The notes: a model not told the origin generated them from the sequence alone. Shown: positions 28,977 to 40,085, counted from the first letter of the stretch. The stretch is DNA of 64,000 nucleotides from Candidatus Hermodarchaeota archaeon (GCA_016840065.1 JAEOTB010000054.1:16483-80482); one strand, 5' to 3'. Numbers and translations: made by a program.

Positions 28977-30569
28977 TTAGAAGAGTGGTACATCCTGAAC
29001 GTATGGTCGTCCCGTCTTTAAGGCAATCTCTGCTTTAGCAAGTTCATGACCTACATATGCAGCATGGTCTAGTCGGGTGATGAGGTCTTTTGATAATAAA
29101 GCGGCGAGGAGTTGCTGTGATGTCTTGGCAGCGAGAACAACGTCTGGGGTTTGTGCTCGAATTGATGGAAAGTGTCGGATTACAAGTTGCTGCTTTTGTC
29201 GGTCTATATGGATTGTTAAGTATCCCGAAGGATCAAGTTTTACAGGCGATATCTTGGTAGGTGCAGTTTCTGTCGATACGCCCATATTTCCTGCCTTGTC
29301 AAAGGCTACTTCGGTGAAGCGCTTGGTTTTCAGAAGCAACAGGTCTATGCCTAGATCCTTGGGAGATGTTTGTCTTTGTTGGGCTAGGAACATCATTTGG
29401 GCAGCACGATGGAGCTCCCAGACCGCACCTCTGGTTTTGTGGCTGACCTCTGTTGTGAGCATCAAGGTTGCACCAAGTTCACTTGCCATGCCTGCAAGGA
29501 GGGCGTTTACACCGATGCTATCAGCGTCTAGTAATTCTGTGACATTCCCTGCACCCAAGAGGAGGGGTATTGACGGATAGCGGTCTGCGAATAGTGTGTA
29601 AGCGTGGATTGCTTGGCTCAGTCCTGGTGTAACAAGGGAGTCGCAGAGGAGGTCCGCTATAAGATGCGTATATCCTAGTTTTTGAGCAGCATCCAGATTG
29701 ATTTTCATTTGTTGGAGACGGTCTTCGGCTGAGGTTGGTAGTTGTTGCCCCGCCTGGGTAACAGGGATTATGACAAAAGCTGCCTTTTGACGGAGTGACT
29801 TGGGGATTGCCGTCATGTTGTCTCGATCTATGCTGAGAACCAAGGAGGCGCCAGCTTTGATGGCGGCAGCGATTTCCTTTGGGTCACTTGAGTCGATGCT
29901 GATGGGAACGGGGACTGCCCGTTGAACTACCTTAACGGTATGTTTAGCGGCTTTGGAATCAGGTGCATTAGCAATCATCCCCAGGTCAATGATGGTAGCT
30001 CCACTCGCTACATATCGGCGAGACATGGTGACGAGTTCCTTGTCAGGCCTTGCTGGGGCATCGGTGATTTCAGCGACAATTCGAATGGGGTATGTGGGTC
30101 CGGTCATGATTGTGCGGCGACCACTCCCTATCTGAAGTGTTCGTGGTGGTGGCGGAATTGGTAGGGGCGTGGTTTCTGCGGCTATTAGGTCGTTTGCTGC
30201 TTTTGCTTGGAGATGTTCTAGGAAAATGTGGTCTGCCGACTCGGTTGTGGATAGAATCTCTAAGTTCCTGTATAGTGATTGGAGGATGAAGGGGAGATCA
30301 ACAGCATGGCGTGGTCCCTTGAAGGTGGGGATACCTGTTGCCTCCTTTACTAGGGTTGTATCACCTGAGGTCATACCAGGAAGGAGGATACAGTCATGCT
30401 TGTCAAGGACCTGCTTTCGAAGCCTGGAGGCTACATATTTTGGGTGGAGGAAGGCTGCGACCGCTACTGGCAAGACCAAGACTTGGCAAGAGTGGATTGG
30501 TGGTGCTGTTTTGGCTGCGTTGCGGACAAGTGGTTCGGCCAGTTGACCGGTGATTAATAGGATTTTCAT
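28977..30569 (-). CDS. Dihydropteroate synthase-like protein (archaeal MJ0107 type, C-terminal DUF4346)
   Basis: KILLITG.LA, FKGPRHA.DL, RIVAEI, IIDLGM, ISIDS, GNVTELLDADS.GVN, HAAYVG.EL.KAEIAL..G..YVQD; ATGA overlap with the mptE stop. Confidence 0.85.
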   Translation of the reverse strand: MKILLITGQLAEPLVRNAAKTAPPIHSCQVLVLPVAVAAFLHPKYVASRLRKQVLDKHDCILLPGMTSGDTTLVKEATGIPTFKGPRHAVDLPFILQSLYRNLEILSTTESADHIFLEHLQAKAANDLIAAETTPLPIPPPPRTLQIGSGRRTIMTGPTYPIRIVAEITDAPARPDKELVTMSRRYVASGATIIDLGMIANAPDSKAAKHTVKVVQRAVPVPISIDSSDPKEIAAAIKAGASLVLSIDRDNMTAIPKSLRQKAAFVIIPVTQAGQQLPTSAEDRLQQMKINLDAAQKLGYTHLIADLLCDSLVTPGLSQAIHAYTLFADRYPSIPLLLGAGNVTELLDADSIGVNALLAGMASELGATLMLTTEVSHKTRGAVWELHRAAQMMFLAQQRQTSPKDLGIDLLLLKTKRFTEVAFDKAGNMGVSTETAPTKISPVKLDPSGYLTIHIDRQKQQLVIRHFPSIRAQTPDVVLAAKTSQQLLAALLSKDLITRLDHAAYVGHELAKAEIALKTGRPYVQDVPLF

Positions 30570-31363
30570 TGTGTATCCCACGAAAATTCAGTGATTTCTT
30601 GGTCCGGAATCCCCTGTATTTGTGTTGTTCCTCCACTGAGGTTAATGATTTTGCTTCGGCTCTGACTGGCTAACCATTCAAGGAGATTTTTGGCTACCGA
30701 TAGTTTTTCTCGTTTTGTTTTGCTTGCCAAGACGTCAGAGGATAAGCTTGGCTTTGAATAGCGCCCCACAAAAACTCCTAAATCCATTCCGACAAGTCCG
30801 ATATTCTTTGCTCCGAGAGCTTCTGCAAGGAAAACACAACGGTCTCCGTCGGTGAAGCCTCCAGTATTGATAACACCGGGGCGTGGACGTGCCTGCGTTG
30901 ATCCCAGAACCCTATTTCCCTCCGCGCATTCTTGTAGGAGTATCGGGACATAGTGTTCCACAGTTGATGTGTTGTCCCCGTGAGCGTGCACTACTACAAT
31001 CGAGCCATCCTGGTGGGCCTGGAGAATATCAGGAACCGTACCGTCTAGATCAGTTAGAACCAGATCTGGTTGGAGATCAAATTCTAGTAGTGCTGTTGTT
31101 GCACCATCTGCTGAAATCAATGTAGCTTCATTGTTGATGTTTCTCTGAGTCATCTCCGCTAGATTTCGGGGTAGTGAGGGACCTGCTCCACAGACTAGAA
31201 CATTCTTATCGGTTATCAGGTTGCTAACCCTTGACAGGCGTATTGCTCTTCCATCAAGTATTCCGCTTAGCAGGTCTGCTGCTCTTTGGTCTTCTTCAAT
31301 ACTGTATCCGAATCTAGCTACAATCTCAAGGTACCGAGGCCACCATTCTTCTAGAGCAACCAA
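30566..31363 (-). CDS. mptE: 6-hydroxymethyl-7,8-dihydropterin pyrophosphokinase
   Basis: GAGPSL, SADGA, TDLDG, VHAHGDN, GGFTDGDR. Confidence 0.9.
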   Translation of the reverse strand: MVALEEWWPRYLEIVARFGYSIEEDQRAADLLSGILDGRAIRLSRVSNLITDKNVLVCGAGPSLPRNLAEMTQRNINNEATLISADGATTALLEFDLQPDLVLTDLDGTVPDILQAHQDGSIVVVHAHGDNTSTVEHYVPILLQECAEGNRVLGSTQARPRPGVINTGGFTDGDRCVFLAEALGAKNIGLVGMDLGVFVGRYSKPSLSSDVLASKTKREKLSVAKNLLEWLASQSRSKIINLSGGTTQIQGIPDQEITEFSWDTQ

Positions 31364-31411
31364 TTATAATCGCCTACTAGGCTGACGCGTCCCAGGCTAT
31401 ATTATTTCTTA

Positions 31412-32368
31412 TCATTGACCGCTGGGGTTGTTTTCTTTAATTTCGCGGCGTGCCTCCCCCATGGTTATGGTCTGTTCAGCGACGAGGTCGTGGCGATGCA
31501 CGCACTCTTCATTGCGTTGTCTAAAGGAAAGCTCCATCTCGTCTGGAAGGTCGTGGAAGGCCTGGACGACATCACGAATCATATGGCGTATTGAATCCTC
31601 AACAAAGCAAGGATTCTCTAAGGCTGTTTGTACCACAGCGGCTTCATCAGGACGTTTCAATATCTCAAAGGTGCCCGAGCTCATCGCTTGCTCTACGATC
31701 TTGACTAGCTGGAGTGCGTCAATGGGATAGCCAGCGGGGATCTCAACCATGACGGTTCCATGGCTGCGTTGCATGTGGCTTCCGATTGGCAGGTTATCGA
31801 TTATTTCCCGGGCTTGTTCTTGTTTTATCTTGTGGGTGCTAGTAAGTTCGGCTTCGGAGACATCTCGGAGCAGTTCTTGGGCGCAGGGACACGCTGTCAT
31901 TCCGGTTGCTGTCACGCCAATCCAGCGTCTGAGGCTGGTGTCTTCTTCGCCTTTACCGCGCTTGGCTAGTGCTTTAGCCTCCATAATGCATGACTCGAAG
32001 GTGCGAATGTTGCTCTTGGGGGTAGTACGAGCATACACAGTGTCCGCTCTTCCAAAGACCTCAGCTTCGCTGGCATAATCGTGACGGCGGAGTAGGTCTT
32101 GGGCAATATCTGCACAGATGTCCTCAAGGCGATAGAGCTTCTCTGCATATTGACTCACTACTTCGACTGCTGCCTCGATGCTCCTCGATGGATGGATGCC
32201 CTTCTGGTGAGCCGGCAAATCCACATAGATATCAAAGCTGGGTACAACTATGGCGGGTTGCTCCTCGAAGAAAATACCCTGAATCGGGACTCGAATGTCG
32301 GTTACTCCAACTCGACGGACGGGTACGGCAACTGGTGGTTTTTGTGTATGTGTGTCAGGACGTGGCAA
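31412..32368 (-). CDS. mptA: GTP cyclohydrolase IV (MptA/FolE2 family)
   Basis: RVGVT, VDLP..QKGIH.SR, GMTACPCAQ, SHMQR, LKRPDE, NP.FVED, EC.H.H. Confidence 0.9.
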   Translation of the reverse strand: MPRPDTHTQKPPVAVPVRRVGVTDIRVPIQGIFFEEQPAIVVPSFDIYVDLPAHQKGIHPSRSIEAAVEVVSQYAEKLYRLEDICADIAQDLLRRHDYASEAEVFGRADTVYARTTPKSNIRTFESCIMEAKALAKRGKGEEDTSLRRWIGVTATGMTACPCAQELLRDVSEAELTSTHKIKQEQAREIIDNLPIGSHMQRSHGTVMVEIPAGYPIDALQLVKIVEQAMSSGTFEILKRPDEAAVVQTALENPCFVEDSIRHMIRDVVQAFHDLPDEMELSFRQRNEECVHRHDLVAEQTITMGEARREIKENNPSGQ

Positions 32369-32601
32369 CCAGCAAAGCTCCTATTGATACACTCTTCAAA
32401 ATAGAAACCAACAGGATAAAAACCTTCACAAGCTACTGGAATAAATTCTACAGGTTAAATACAAGGGTTGCCTTGAAGGTGATACTTAATTAGGTGTTCA
32501 GAGGAAGATTATGTGGGAGATTCGATATGGTTCACTCCTACTGGTTAGGAGGATTCTCCGTCGAGCACTCTCTACCTTGACACCTAGATTGGAGGATTCC
32601 G

Positions 32602-35517
32602 ATGTTGATTTCTCAACGGATAAGGACCTTTGGATTCATCACCTTACTTCTTATTGGGTTACTTTTGTTAACCCCGCTTTCACGACCCCAGTCGTTCAGT
32701 CTTTCTGAAGAGCAGTTGAAGGCATCATACACTCAAGATGAGGTATTAGGTAAGCATAGTGAAAGGCATAATTACATCTCGAATACCGCAGATGGTACGG
32801 AGTTCAGAGACCTTGGGCTAGATCCCTTTGAAGAGAGAAATCGTTGGGAGAGGGATTTTAGCTTCTGGAACACATCCCGAGAGCCCGAGGAGGTGAGGAA
32901 GACTCAACCGAGTAGAAGCTTCACAATTCCGGTGACAGCGGGGACCCCCCATGATTCTATCCTCATCACCTCCGATGCTGACTTTGCTAGTCAGGGGTGG
33001 CCTGGAGCAGGAACCCCATCAAATCCTTATCGTATTGAGAATCTTAACATCACAGCAAACCCTGAAAGTAGCTGTATCGACATTCAGGACACCCGTGTAC
33101 ACTTCGTCATTGCCAATTGTACACTTCACGATGCAGATTATAAATGGGCAGGCATCGATTTACAAAACGTATCCAACGGGTTCATCGTGAATAACACCCT
33201 CAATTATAACGGGTTTGGCATCCGACTCAACGCATCGTCGTGGAACATTATCTATAACAACACGATTGCTGAAGGCGAGTCGTTGTTGATTTACCTTAAT
33301 CTGTCGCCTTCTAACTCTATTATTAACAACACTATTTGGTCAAGTTTGTCACATATCAAAATCAGATCCTCAAATAATATTAGATTAGTCAATAACACCT
33401 GCTCAAAGAGTATCGTTGTAGATTATTCCTTCAATGTCACTATCAGCACAAACACCTTGTCTAGAGTTGAGTTCAATGACGTGAATTCTTCTGTGGTAAA
33501 TAACAACAAGTTGGGATGGTCGATGGCACTCTACGATTCCTTTTCTAACCAACTCGAACAGAACACCCTGAAAGGAACTCTCTACCTATTCGACTCTGGC
33601 AATAACTCCATCATTCAAAATTATTTTTCAGATTATGGGATTTTCATTACAAGTTCCATTGAAACGGCACGACAGTTCCTTGTACAGAGTAACACCATCA
33701 ACAGCCGCCCGTTGGTGTTCTGGCAGGATCAAATTGGCGGTGCGGTTCCTCCTAACGCAGCGCAAATCATTCTCATTAATTGTACTGGAACCATCATCCG
33801 TGACCTAATAATCACTCGTACTCATAGTTGCATTCGACTCCTACATTCGCGGCAAATCACTGTCCAGAACAACACCTGTACCCCCATATTTGGAGATGGT
33901 ATTAACCTCTATAACACAAATGCAAGCATGGTTGTAAACAATACCTGCATTGGCCAGGGCTTTTATGGAGGTAACGAAGGCATCGAACTCAGGAGAGGTT
34001 ATGAGAATATCATCACCAACAACAACTGCACTCAGAACACATTTGGATTCTTGATAGTATATGGCAGTCTCAATGTGATTCATGACAATACAGTGGTTGA
34101 GAACAGACAAGCTGACATTCAAGTTTCAGCCACTGATAGGAATACCTTAACAAACAACACTGCCGACTGGATAAACCTCTGGTATGCTGACTCAAATAAT
34201 ATTTCTTCAAATTACTTAGGGGGAGAACGCTCCAGCGCTCTATTTATTGAAATGGCAGGTAACAACACGATATGTGATAACCATTTTGTTAACGGTGGCA
34301 TTTTCTTAGATCAAACATACCTAATTAGACAAAGGCTAGTTGCAAATAACACGGTTAATGGAAAACCCCTCATCTATCTAGCGGACAAGGTAAACTGGAC
34401 TATCCCAAGTGTTGGGGGGCAAATCGTTCTTGTTAATTGTTCTGAAATGGTTGTGTCAGATTACACGATTAGCGATTGCCATACAGGTATACTACTCCTT
34501 TATTCAAGGCGGTGTCAAGTGATGAGTAATTCGCTCACTCGTTCGGGGATACTAGTCCTTTACACCAATTCCACTCTCTTAGAGCATAACACTTGTACAG
34601 ATTCAGATTATGGAATCCGCGTGAGAGGCTCAAACAACATAATATCCCAAAACACCTGTGCTCGTAACTTGTTTGGTCTTATCCTAGGTAGTGGACAAAA
34701 CAATAGAATTGTGAATAATCTCTGTACCCAAAACGTATACATCGGTATTAGCGTGCATTATGATAGGAATTTGGTAGTGTCGAATAACACATGCAATTAC
34801 AATTTGTTAGGCTTGGAGGTGGCCTCGTGTGAAAACGGTAGAATCGTTGAGAATAATTGTAGCCACAACTTAGAACGCGGAATTCTTATTGATACGCACT
34901 GGGGTGCTAATCTGACTCTAATCCAAAACACTTGTCATAATAACGCTCAAGTTGGAATTTATGGTGGTCACGTCAGAGACGCTTACATCTCGGGGAATGA
35001 TTGTCAGGACAATGGAGGGTATGGGATTGGTATTTTCTGGTCTGGAGATAATAACATCATCGAGCAAAACTGGTGCCTTCACAACGGAAAAGATGGACTA
35101 TATTTGGAGGACCTTACCAACAGTAGAATCACCTACAACGTGTTTGGTGAGAACCACCGGCACGGTATCGCCTTCAATGGCACAAGCACGAATAACACAG
35201 TGATGTGGAATGTCTTTGCCTTCAATGAGGCATCAAACGGTTTTGATAATACTATGTACAACTTCTTTGATTACAACTTCTGGTCGGACTATCAGGGCTT
35301 CGATTTGAATTTCGATGGAATCGGCGATACGCCCTATGTTATTCAGCATCCTTTTGGAAATAGTGATAATCACCCCTTGTTACAATGGCCCGGGGCAGTT
35401 GTCGTTAACAGGATGATAGGAATTATCTTCGGAGCAGCCTTAATCACTGGCATCGTTGTCATCAGCGTCTTTGGTATCATTGGCTTCAGTATTAGACATA
35501 GGCGAATGAAAAAATAA
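32602..35517 (+). CDS. Membrane-anchored right-handed beta-helix (NosD/PbH1) surface protein
   Basis: Signal peptide; GWPG.GT..NPYRIENL; many I.NNTC..N..GI repeats; NFWSDY.G.D...DGIGDTPY; C-terminal TM + RHRRMKK. Confidence 0.85.
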   Translation: MLISQRIRTFGFITLLLIGLLLLTPLSRPQSFSLSEEQLKASYTQDEVLGKHSERHNYISNTADGTEFRDLGLDPFEERNRWERDFSFWNTSREPEEVRKTQPSRSFTIPVTAGTPHDSILITSDADFASQGWPGAGTPSNPYRIENLNITANPESSCIDIQDTRVHFVIANCTLHDADYKWAGIDLQNVSNGFIVNNTLNYNGFGIRLNASSWNIIYNNTIAEGESLLIYLNLSPSNSIINNTIWSSLSHIKIRSSNNIRLVNNTCSKSIVVDYSFNVTISTNTLSRVEFNDVNSSVVNNNKLGWSMALYDSFSNQLEQNTLKGTLYLFDSGNNSIIQNYFSDYGIFITSSIETARQFLVQSNTINSRPLVFWQDQIGGAVPPNAAQIILINCTGTIIRDLIITRTHSCIRLLHSRQITVQNNTCTPIFGDGINLYNTNASMVVNNTCIGQGFYGGNEGIELRRGYENIITNNNCTQNTFGFLIVYGSLNVIHDNTVVENRQADIQVSATDRNTLTNNTADWINLWYADSNNISSNYLGGERSSALFIEMAGNNTICDNHFVNGGIFLDQTYLIRQRLVANNTVNGKPLIYLADKVNWTIPSVGGQIVLVNCSEMVVSDYTISDCHTGILLLYSRRCQVMSNSLTRSGILVLYTNSTLLEHNTCTDSDYGIRVRGSNNIISQNTCARNLFGLILGSGQNNRIVNNLCTQNVYIGISVHYDRNLVVSNNTCNYNLLGLEVASCENGRIVENNCSHNLERGILIDTHWGANLTLIQNTCHNNAQVGIYGGHVRDAYISGNDCQDNGGYGIGIFWSGDNNIIEQNWCLHNGKDGLYLEDLTNSRITYNVFGENHRHGIAFNGTSTNNTVMWNVFAFNEASNGFDNTMYNFFDYNFWSDYQGFDLNFDGIGDTPYVIQHPFGNSDNHPLLQWPGAVVVNRMIGIIFGAALITGIVVISVFGIIGFSIRHRRMKK

Positions 35518-35620
35518 CCCGAATGTCTCCTTTGAACGGTCAAGAGAGACTATTCTACTTGGATGTGAATTTTTGCCCCGATAATCTGTCTTATTAAGAT
35601 GTAGAAGAGATAGCCGGCGT

Positions 35621-37666
35621 ATGGGCGGCTGCTATTCAAAAGGAAGGAAGAGCCGGTATGTTATAGTGCTTCTTCTTGTGTACACATTTTTTTGGGGAGT
35701 TCTGTCCCAGATGAGCCTGCTTTTTACCCCCTTTGATTTAAAACAGGAAGGTTTTTTGAGGTATAAGCTGCCCCTGAAGAGTAACAGGAGTCGGCGATTC
35801 CTAGATCATGATGTTACTTCTGTACGAAAGGGACTCCACAAGCGTTCAACAACCAGTTTTAGGGGAGACATGGGGCGTTCATACCTTGTTTCTGGTCCAA
35901 TCGATATCAGAAGCGATGACGACTTTGCCCTCCAAGGCTGGCCAGGTGAAGGAACACCTGGGAATCCTTACAGAATTGAGAACCTCACCATCGATCCCCA
36001 CTCTTATGCTGATAGTTGTATTGACATTCGTGGCACTCGGGCCCATTTCATTATCCGTAATTGCCTGCTTGTGAATGCTCAGTGGTGGTTTAGCGGGGCT
36101 GGAGTCTTCTTGTTTGATGTTATGAATGGTCAGATAGTCAACAACACCCTAGTTGACAACGTTTACGGTGTTCGGTTGATACAGTCAACGTCGAACTTGA
36201 TCGCGAACAACACGAGTTCTAGACAATGGGCTGGTATCCGTTTCGATAATTCGTACACTAATATCGTCCTGAACAACACGGTGTCTGTTAACGAGCGTGG
36301 TGTCTCACTTCAGAGTTCGAATGACAACACTATTTCAAATAATACACTGATAGCTAATGACTTTGGAGTTCACATCTATATCTCAAATGATAATACAATC
36401 ACGAATAACACCTTCATCGGTTGTGGCATGTATATAACGGGTTTTTCACTACAGGATACGGAACAAGCATTAGTGGCAGACAACACTGTTAACAATAAGC
36501 CGCTAGTTCTATTGTATGATTTAGTGGGAGAAACTATCCTTGGCCCAGCGGGGCAAATCATCCTAATCAACTGTACCAATGTTGTTGTACGAGATTTCAT
36601 CTTGTCCAACTGTTCTGTAGGAATTCTTTTTCTCTTCTCGAGTCAGATAACAGTGACGAATAACACTTGCTCTGCGAATAGCGGTTCTGGCATACGCTTC
36701 ATATATTCAAACTATTGCACCGCAACCAATAATACCTGTATAGCTAATGGGCTTTACAACGATAGCCTCTCTGCAGGTATCTCCCTATTATACTCGCATA
36801 ATTCAACCATTACATCGAACAAATGCACCAGCAACCAGATTGGGATTCTTCTCGAGACCTCTAACGACAACACAATAACAAACAACAGCTGTACCAATGA
36901 CTGGAATGGTATCTACCTTCACATTACAATTAACAGCACACTGAATTACAATAGCATCAATTCGAACTACTCGGCGATTTTGATGCAATCAGCATATCAC
37001 AGCGTCGTCACCCACAACAATTGCTCTAGTCTAGTTAATGATGGCATCCACATCTACGCCTCCGAACACTGCATCATTGAAGATAATTTCTGCACGGAAA
37101 ACGGTGAAGCCGGAATCTCTATCTTATCTTCCCTGGAGAACGTTTTTTCCGGGAATACCTGTACGAGGAGCGGAATGGGTTTTGAGATGTACGGATCTGA
37201 CGAAAATCTAATAGAGGACAACATCAGCAGCGAAAACGAGGAATACGGATTCTACATCGACTACAGTGCTGATAATATCATTTCTTACAATCTGGTTGAG
37301 CAGAATGGTCTCTGGGGCGTTTACATAACCAATCGCTCCTTGAATAACACTATCTACAGGAACTCCTTCATAGGCAACAATGGTAACGTAAACGGGTTTG
37401 ATGATGGCTCTGGCAACTTGTTCGACTACAATTTCTGGTCAGAGTACACAGGCCCTGACCTTGATTTAAACGGGATAGGAGATTTACCTCACCCCATTGA
37501 AGGGATTGCGAATAACACCGATCCACACCCCTTGATGGCACCACAGGGCATTCGACCCCCGACAATGTTTATTTATCAGATGCTAATGTTATCTGGGAAC
37601 ATTGCTACCGTAATAATCCTTGCAGGGGCAATATTGAGATTACGTAGGCTTTCTCGAAGTAGCTGA
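35621..37666 (+). CDS. Membrane-anchored beta-helix (NosD/PbH1) surface protein, tandem paralog
   Basis: Same N-cap (GWPGEGTPGNPYRIENL), KPLV...GQIILINC, FDYNFWS.Y.G.D...NGIGD.P, C-terminal TM. Confidence 0.85.
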   Translation: MGGCYSKGRKSRYVIVLLLVYTFFWGVLSQMSLLFTPFDLKQEGFLRYKLPLKSNRSRRFLDHDVTSVRKGLHKRSTTSFRGDMGRSYLVSGPIDIRSDDDFALQGWPGEGTPGNPYRIENLTIDPHSYADSCIDIRGTRAHFIIRNCLLVNAQWWFSGAGVFLFDVMNGQIVNNTLVDNVYGVRLIQSTSNLIANNTSSRQWAGIRFDNSYTNIVLNNTVSVNERGVSLQSSNDNTISNNTLIANDFGVHIYISNDNTITNNTFIGCGMYITGFSLQDTEQALVADNTVNNKPLVLLYDLVGETILGPAGQIILINCTNVVVRDFILSNCSVGILFLFSSQITVTNNTCSANSGSGIRFIYSNYCTATNNTCIANGLYNDSLSAGISLLYSHNSTITSNKCTSNQIGILLETSNDNTITNNSCTNDWNGIYLHITINSTLNYNSINSNYSAILMQSAYHSVVTHNNCSSLVNDGIHIYASEHCIIEDNFCTENGEAGISILSSLENVFSGNTCTRSGMGFEMYGSDENLIEDNISSENEEYGFYIDYSADNIISYNLVEQNGLWGVYITNRSLNNTIYRNSFIGNNGNVNGFDDGSGNLFDYNFWSEYTGPDLDLNGIGDLPHPIEGIANNTDPHPLMAPQGIRPPTMFIYQMLMLSGNIATVIILAGAILRLRRLSRSS

Positions 37667-37694
37667 CGTCGATAGTCTGTATGGAGGTTTCGAA

Positions 37695-38414
37695 TTGATT
37701 GATTATGACAGGATAGCATCAGAGTATGCACAACACCGGCGGGTCCACCCAGAGGTGCTCAATCGACTCCACCTTGATAGCGGCATAGACATGAACTCGA
37801 TTGTGCTTGAGGTGGGCTGCGGAACAGGAAACTACATCCTCGCCATTGAAGGACTGACGGGTGCACAATGCTGGGGAACAGACCCCTCAGACATCATGTT
37901 AGAAAAAGCGCGATTACGTTCCGAGACCGCAACCTTCCAGCGTGGGTTAGCGGAGAGTCTCGATTTCCCAACCGTGTTTGACTTTGTGTTCTCCGTTGAT
38001 GTTATCCACCACCTAAAGAAACCCCGTACCTACTTTGAACAAGCATATCGAATCCTGAAGAGTGGAGGCAAGTTATGCACTGTTACTGACTCGGAGGAGA
38101 TAATTCGAAATCGAGAACCTCTCGCTATTTACTTCCCTGAAACCGTCAAGGCAGACTTGAAGCGTTACCATCCAATTGCTGAGCTTCGTGAAGAAATGGA
38201 GACCGCAGGATTTGTCAAACTATCCGAAACCACCGTCGAGTTCACCTACTTGCTCACCGACATACAAGCCTACAAAGACAAAGCCTTTTCCTGCCTTCAC
38301 CTAATATCAAAGGGATCATTCAAGCGAGGGATCGAAGAAATGGAGCGGGACTTAGAAACAGGATCCATAAAGTGTACACCGCGTTACCTGCTTCTCTGGG
38401 GTACTAGAATCTAG
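37695..38414 (+). CDS. Class I SAM-dependent methyltransferase
   Basis: VLEVGCGTG, GTDPS..ML, FDFVFS..VIHH, ILKSGG. Confidence 0.9.
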   Translation: MIDYDRIASEYAQHRRVHPEVLNRLHLDSGIDMNSIVLEVGCGTGNYILAIEGLTGAQCWGTDPSDIMLEKARLRSETATFQRGLAESLDFPTVFDFVFSVDVIHHLKKPRTYFEQAYRILKSGGKLCTVTDSEEIIRNREPLAIYFPETVKADLKRYHPIAELREEMETAGFVKLSETTVEFTYLLTDIQAYKDKAFSCLHLISKGSFKRGIEEMERDLETGSIKCTPRYLLLWGTRI

Positions 38415-38428
38415 GAGAAATAGTAAAG

Positions 38429-39403
38429 GTGCCATTTACGATTCGGAGAGCAGAAACCAGCCAAGACTTTGAAGACTACTACTCGATAAGTTTCGACCTC
38501 TTCAAACGGTACTTTTACAAGGGTTCAAAGGAACCAGATGAGGTGCTGTTTGAAAAGCACAGAATTGAACTTCAGAAAGTAGATTTTAGCGATCCCACCC
38601 GTTCCCTCTATGTCGCACACGACGAAAAAGGTGTCTTTGCTGGGGCATTATGGGTGGGAGTGCGTGAGCAAGGCTTTGTATGGGACTTACCAGAAGAAAT
38701 CCCCAGCTGGGTCTATGATGTGGAAGTGGTGCCATCCTTCAGAGGCCAGGGGCTAGGTCGACAACTTATGCTACAGGCAGAAGAATGGACCAGAGAGAAA
38801 GGAATCAAGACGATTGGGCTGCACACAAGCCATGACCTTGAAGCAGCACTCCATCTCTACAGGTCAATGGGCTACAAAGAGAATAGTGTCATCATGAAAA
38901 AGAGCCTTACAAGCGGGATATCCGTTTTACCTGACACACCGTTCACGACAAGAACGCCAAGTGCAACTGATAACCTTTCTGAGTATTATGAACTAAGAAT
39001 CGATTCTTTCCGTATGCTTATCACTGATGGCGCGGCATTATCAAATGAGGATATCCGTGAACGTTATCCAGAATTCAAGGTTATCTTTGATCTGGCAGAT
39101 CCTGCGCATAGGGCATATCTTGCTGAAACCGCGGAAGGCACGTTTGCTGGCTTCATCTTAGCACGCTTACAAGAAAGGGGAGAAGAGAAGCGGGCATGGT
39201 TTCTAAGCATCCACGTGAGTCCCAAGTTCAGGCGCCAAGGACTCGGCACACTCCTCGTACACAAGATCGAGAGCTGGTGCCAAGCCCAAGGATTCAAGGA
39301 TGTACTGATGTTCTTGAATGTTCGCTTCAAGGGTGCCGTCAAGCTCCTCCAGTCAATGGGGTTTAAAGCCACTAATTTCTACATGGAAAAAGAACTAATC
39401 TGA
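38429..39403 (+). CDS. Tandem GNAT acetyltransferase
   Basis: Two motif-A copies: V.PSFRGQGLG and VSPKFRRQGLG. Confidence 0.9.
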   Translation: MPFTIRRAETSQDFEDYYSISFDLFKRYFYKGSKEPDEVLFEKHRIELQKVDFSDPTRSLYVAHDEKGVFAGALWVGVREQGFVWDLPEEIPSWVYDVEVVPSFRGQGLGRQLMLQAEEWTREKGIKTIGLHTSHDLEAALHLYRSMGYKENSVIMKKSLTSGISVLPDTPFTTRTPSATDNLSEYYELRIDSFRMLITDGAALSNEDIRERYPEFKVIFDLADPAHRAYLAETAEGTFAGFILARLQERGEEKRAWFLSIHVSPKFRRQGLGTLLVHKIESWCQAQGFKDVLMFLNVRFKGAVKLLQSMGFKATNFYMEKELI

Positions 39404-39472
39404 CCGCTTTACTACGAAAACCGATCCTTTGGAGAAGTCAACGGTTTGGATTCTATTGAGCGTTATTTAAAT

Positions 39473-39760
39473 CTAGAATTTGAGTGTTCTGTCGGTTGAG
39501 AGGTAAAGAACCTCTGTGATGATGTCGACTGTGATTTCGGGTATCTTATTTGGTGACCTCGTGTAGTAGGTGATTCCTTTATCGACGGCGATGTAAACAT
39601 AGTATTTGTCTATGACTCCTACCCGCCCCTGAATGACCTCAAGGCCCTTCCCAGTAATAATATCGATGAAGTCTTCAGACTTGACCTGTACTACTATTGA
39701 TCCCGTCACTAGAATCTTCATTGCTTTGATTGGTTCTACTTTTGGTTTTCCTTCAGTCAT
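39473..39760 (-). CDS. Small hypothetical protein (paralog family A, copy 1)
   Basis: ATG 39760 after GGATGGTGAA; VQVKSEDF..I...K.L.VI...YY.Y....GI.YYTRS. Confidence 0.7.
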   Translation of the reverse strand: MTEGKPKVEPIKAMKILVTGSIVVQVKSEDFIDIITGKGLEVIQGRVGVIDKYYVYIAVDKGITYYTRSPNKIPEITVDIITEVLYLSTDRTLKF

Positions 39761-39803
39761 CTCGTGATTCACCATCCGATTGTGGGATTCACCTTAATTA
39801 TCT

Positions 39804-40085
39804 TCAATCCTTGTATCTAAGACGTGCTTTGAATTTTGGTATTAAGATATCAACTCGGATTTCTGTTAACTCGACCTTCGATCGGGTATAGTACACGATT
39901 CCTGGTTCAAGGGTGTAGTAGTAATAGAAAGCCTTTCTGATTTCTTTTCGGCGAATAACAGTAAGGCTCTTTTCTAGCACAATCTCGACGAAATCTTCAG
40001 GTGTGACCTGTAAGAATAGACCTGCATAACCCCACGCATGGCAGAGGGGTTCGATTGGTTGGATTTTCGTTTTCGCTTTTGGCAT
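39804..40085 (-). CDS. Small hypothetical protein (paralog family A, copy 2)
   Basis: LQVTPEDFVEIV.EKSLTVI...YYYY...GIVYYTRS; same upstream GGATGGTGAA. Confidence 0.7.
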   Translation of the reverse strand: MPKAKTKIQPIEPLCHAWGYAGLFLQVTPEDFVEIVLEKSLTVIRRKEIRKAFYYYYTLEPGIVYYTRSKVELTEIRVDILIPKFKARLRYKD

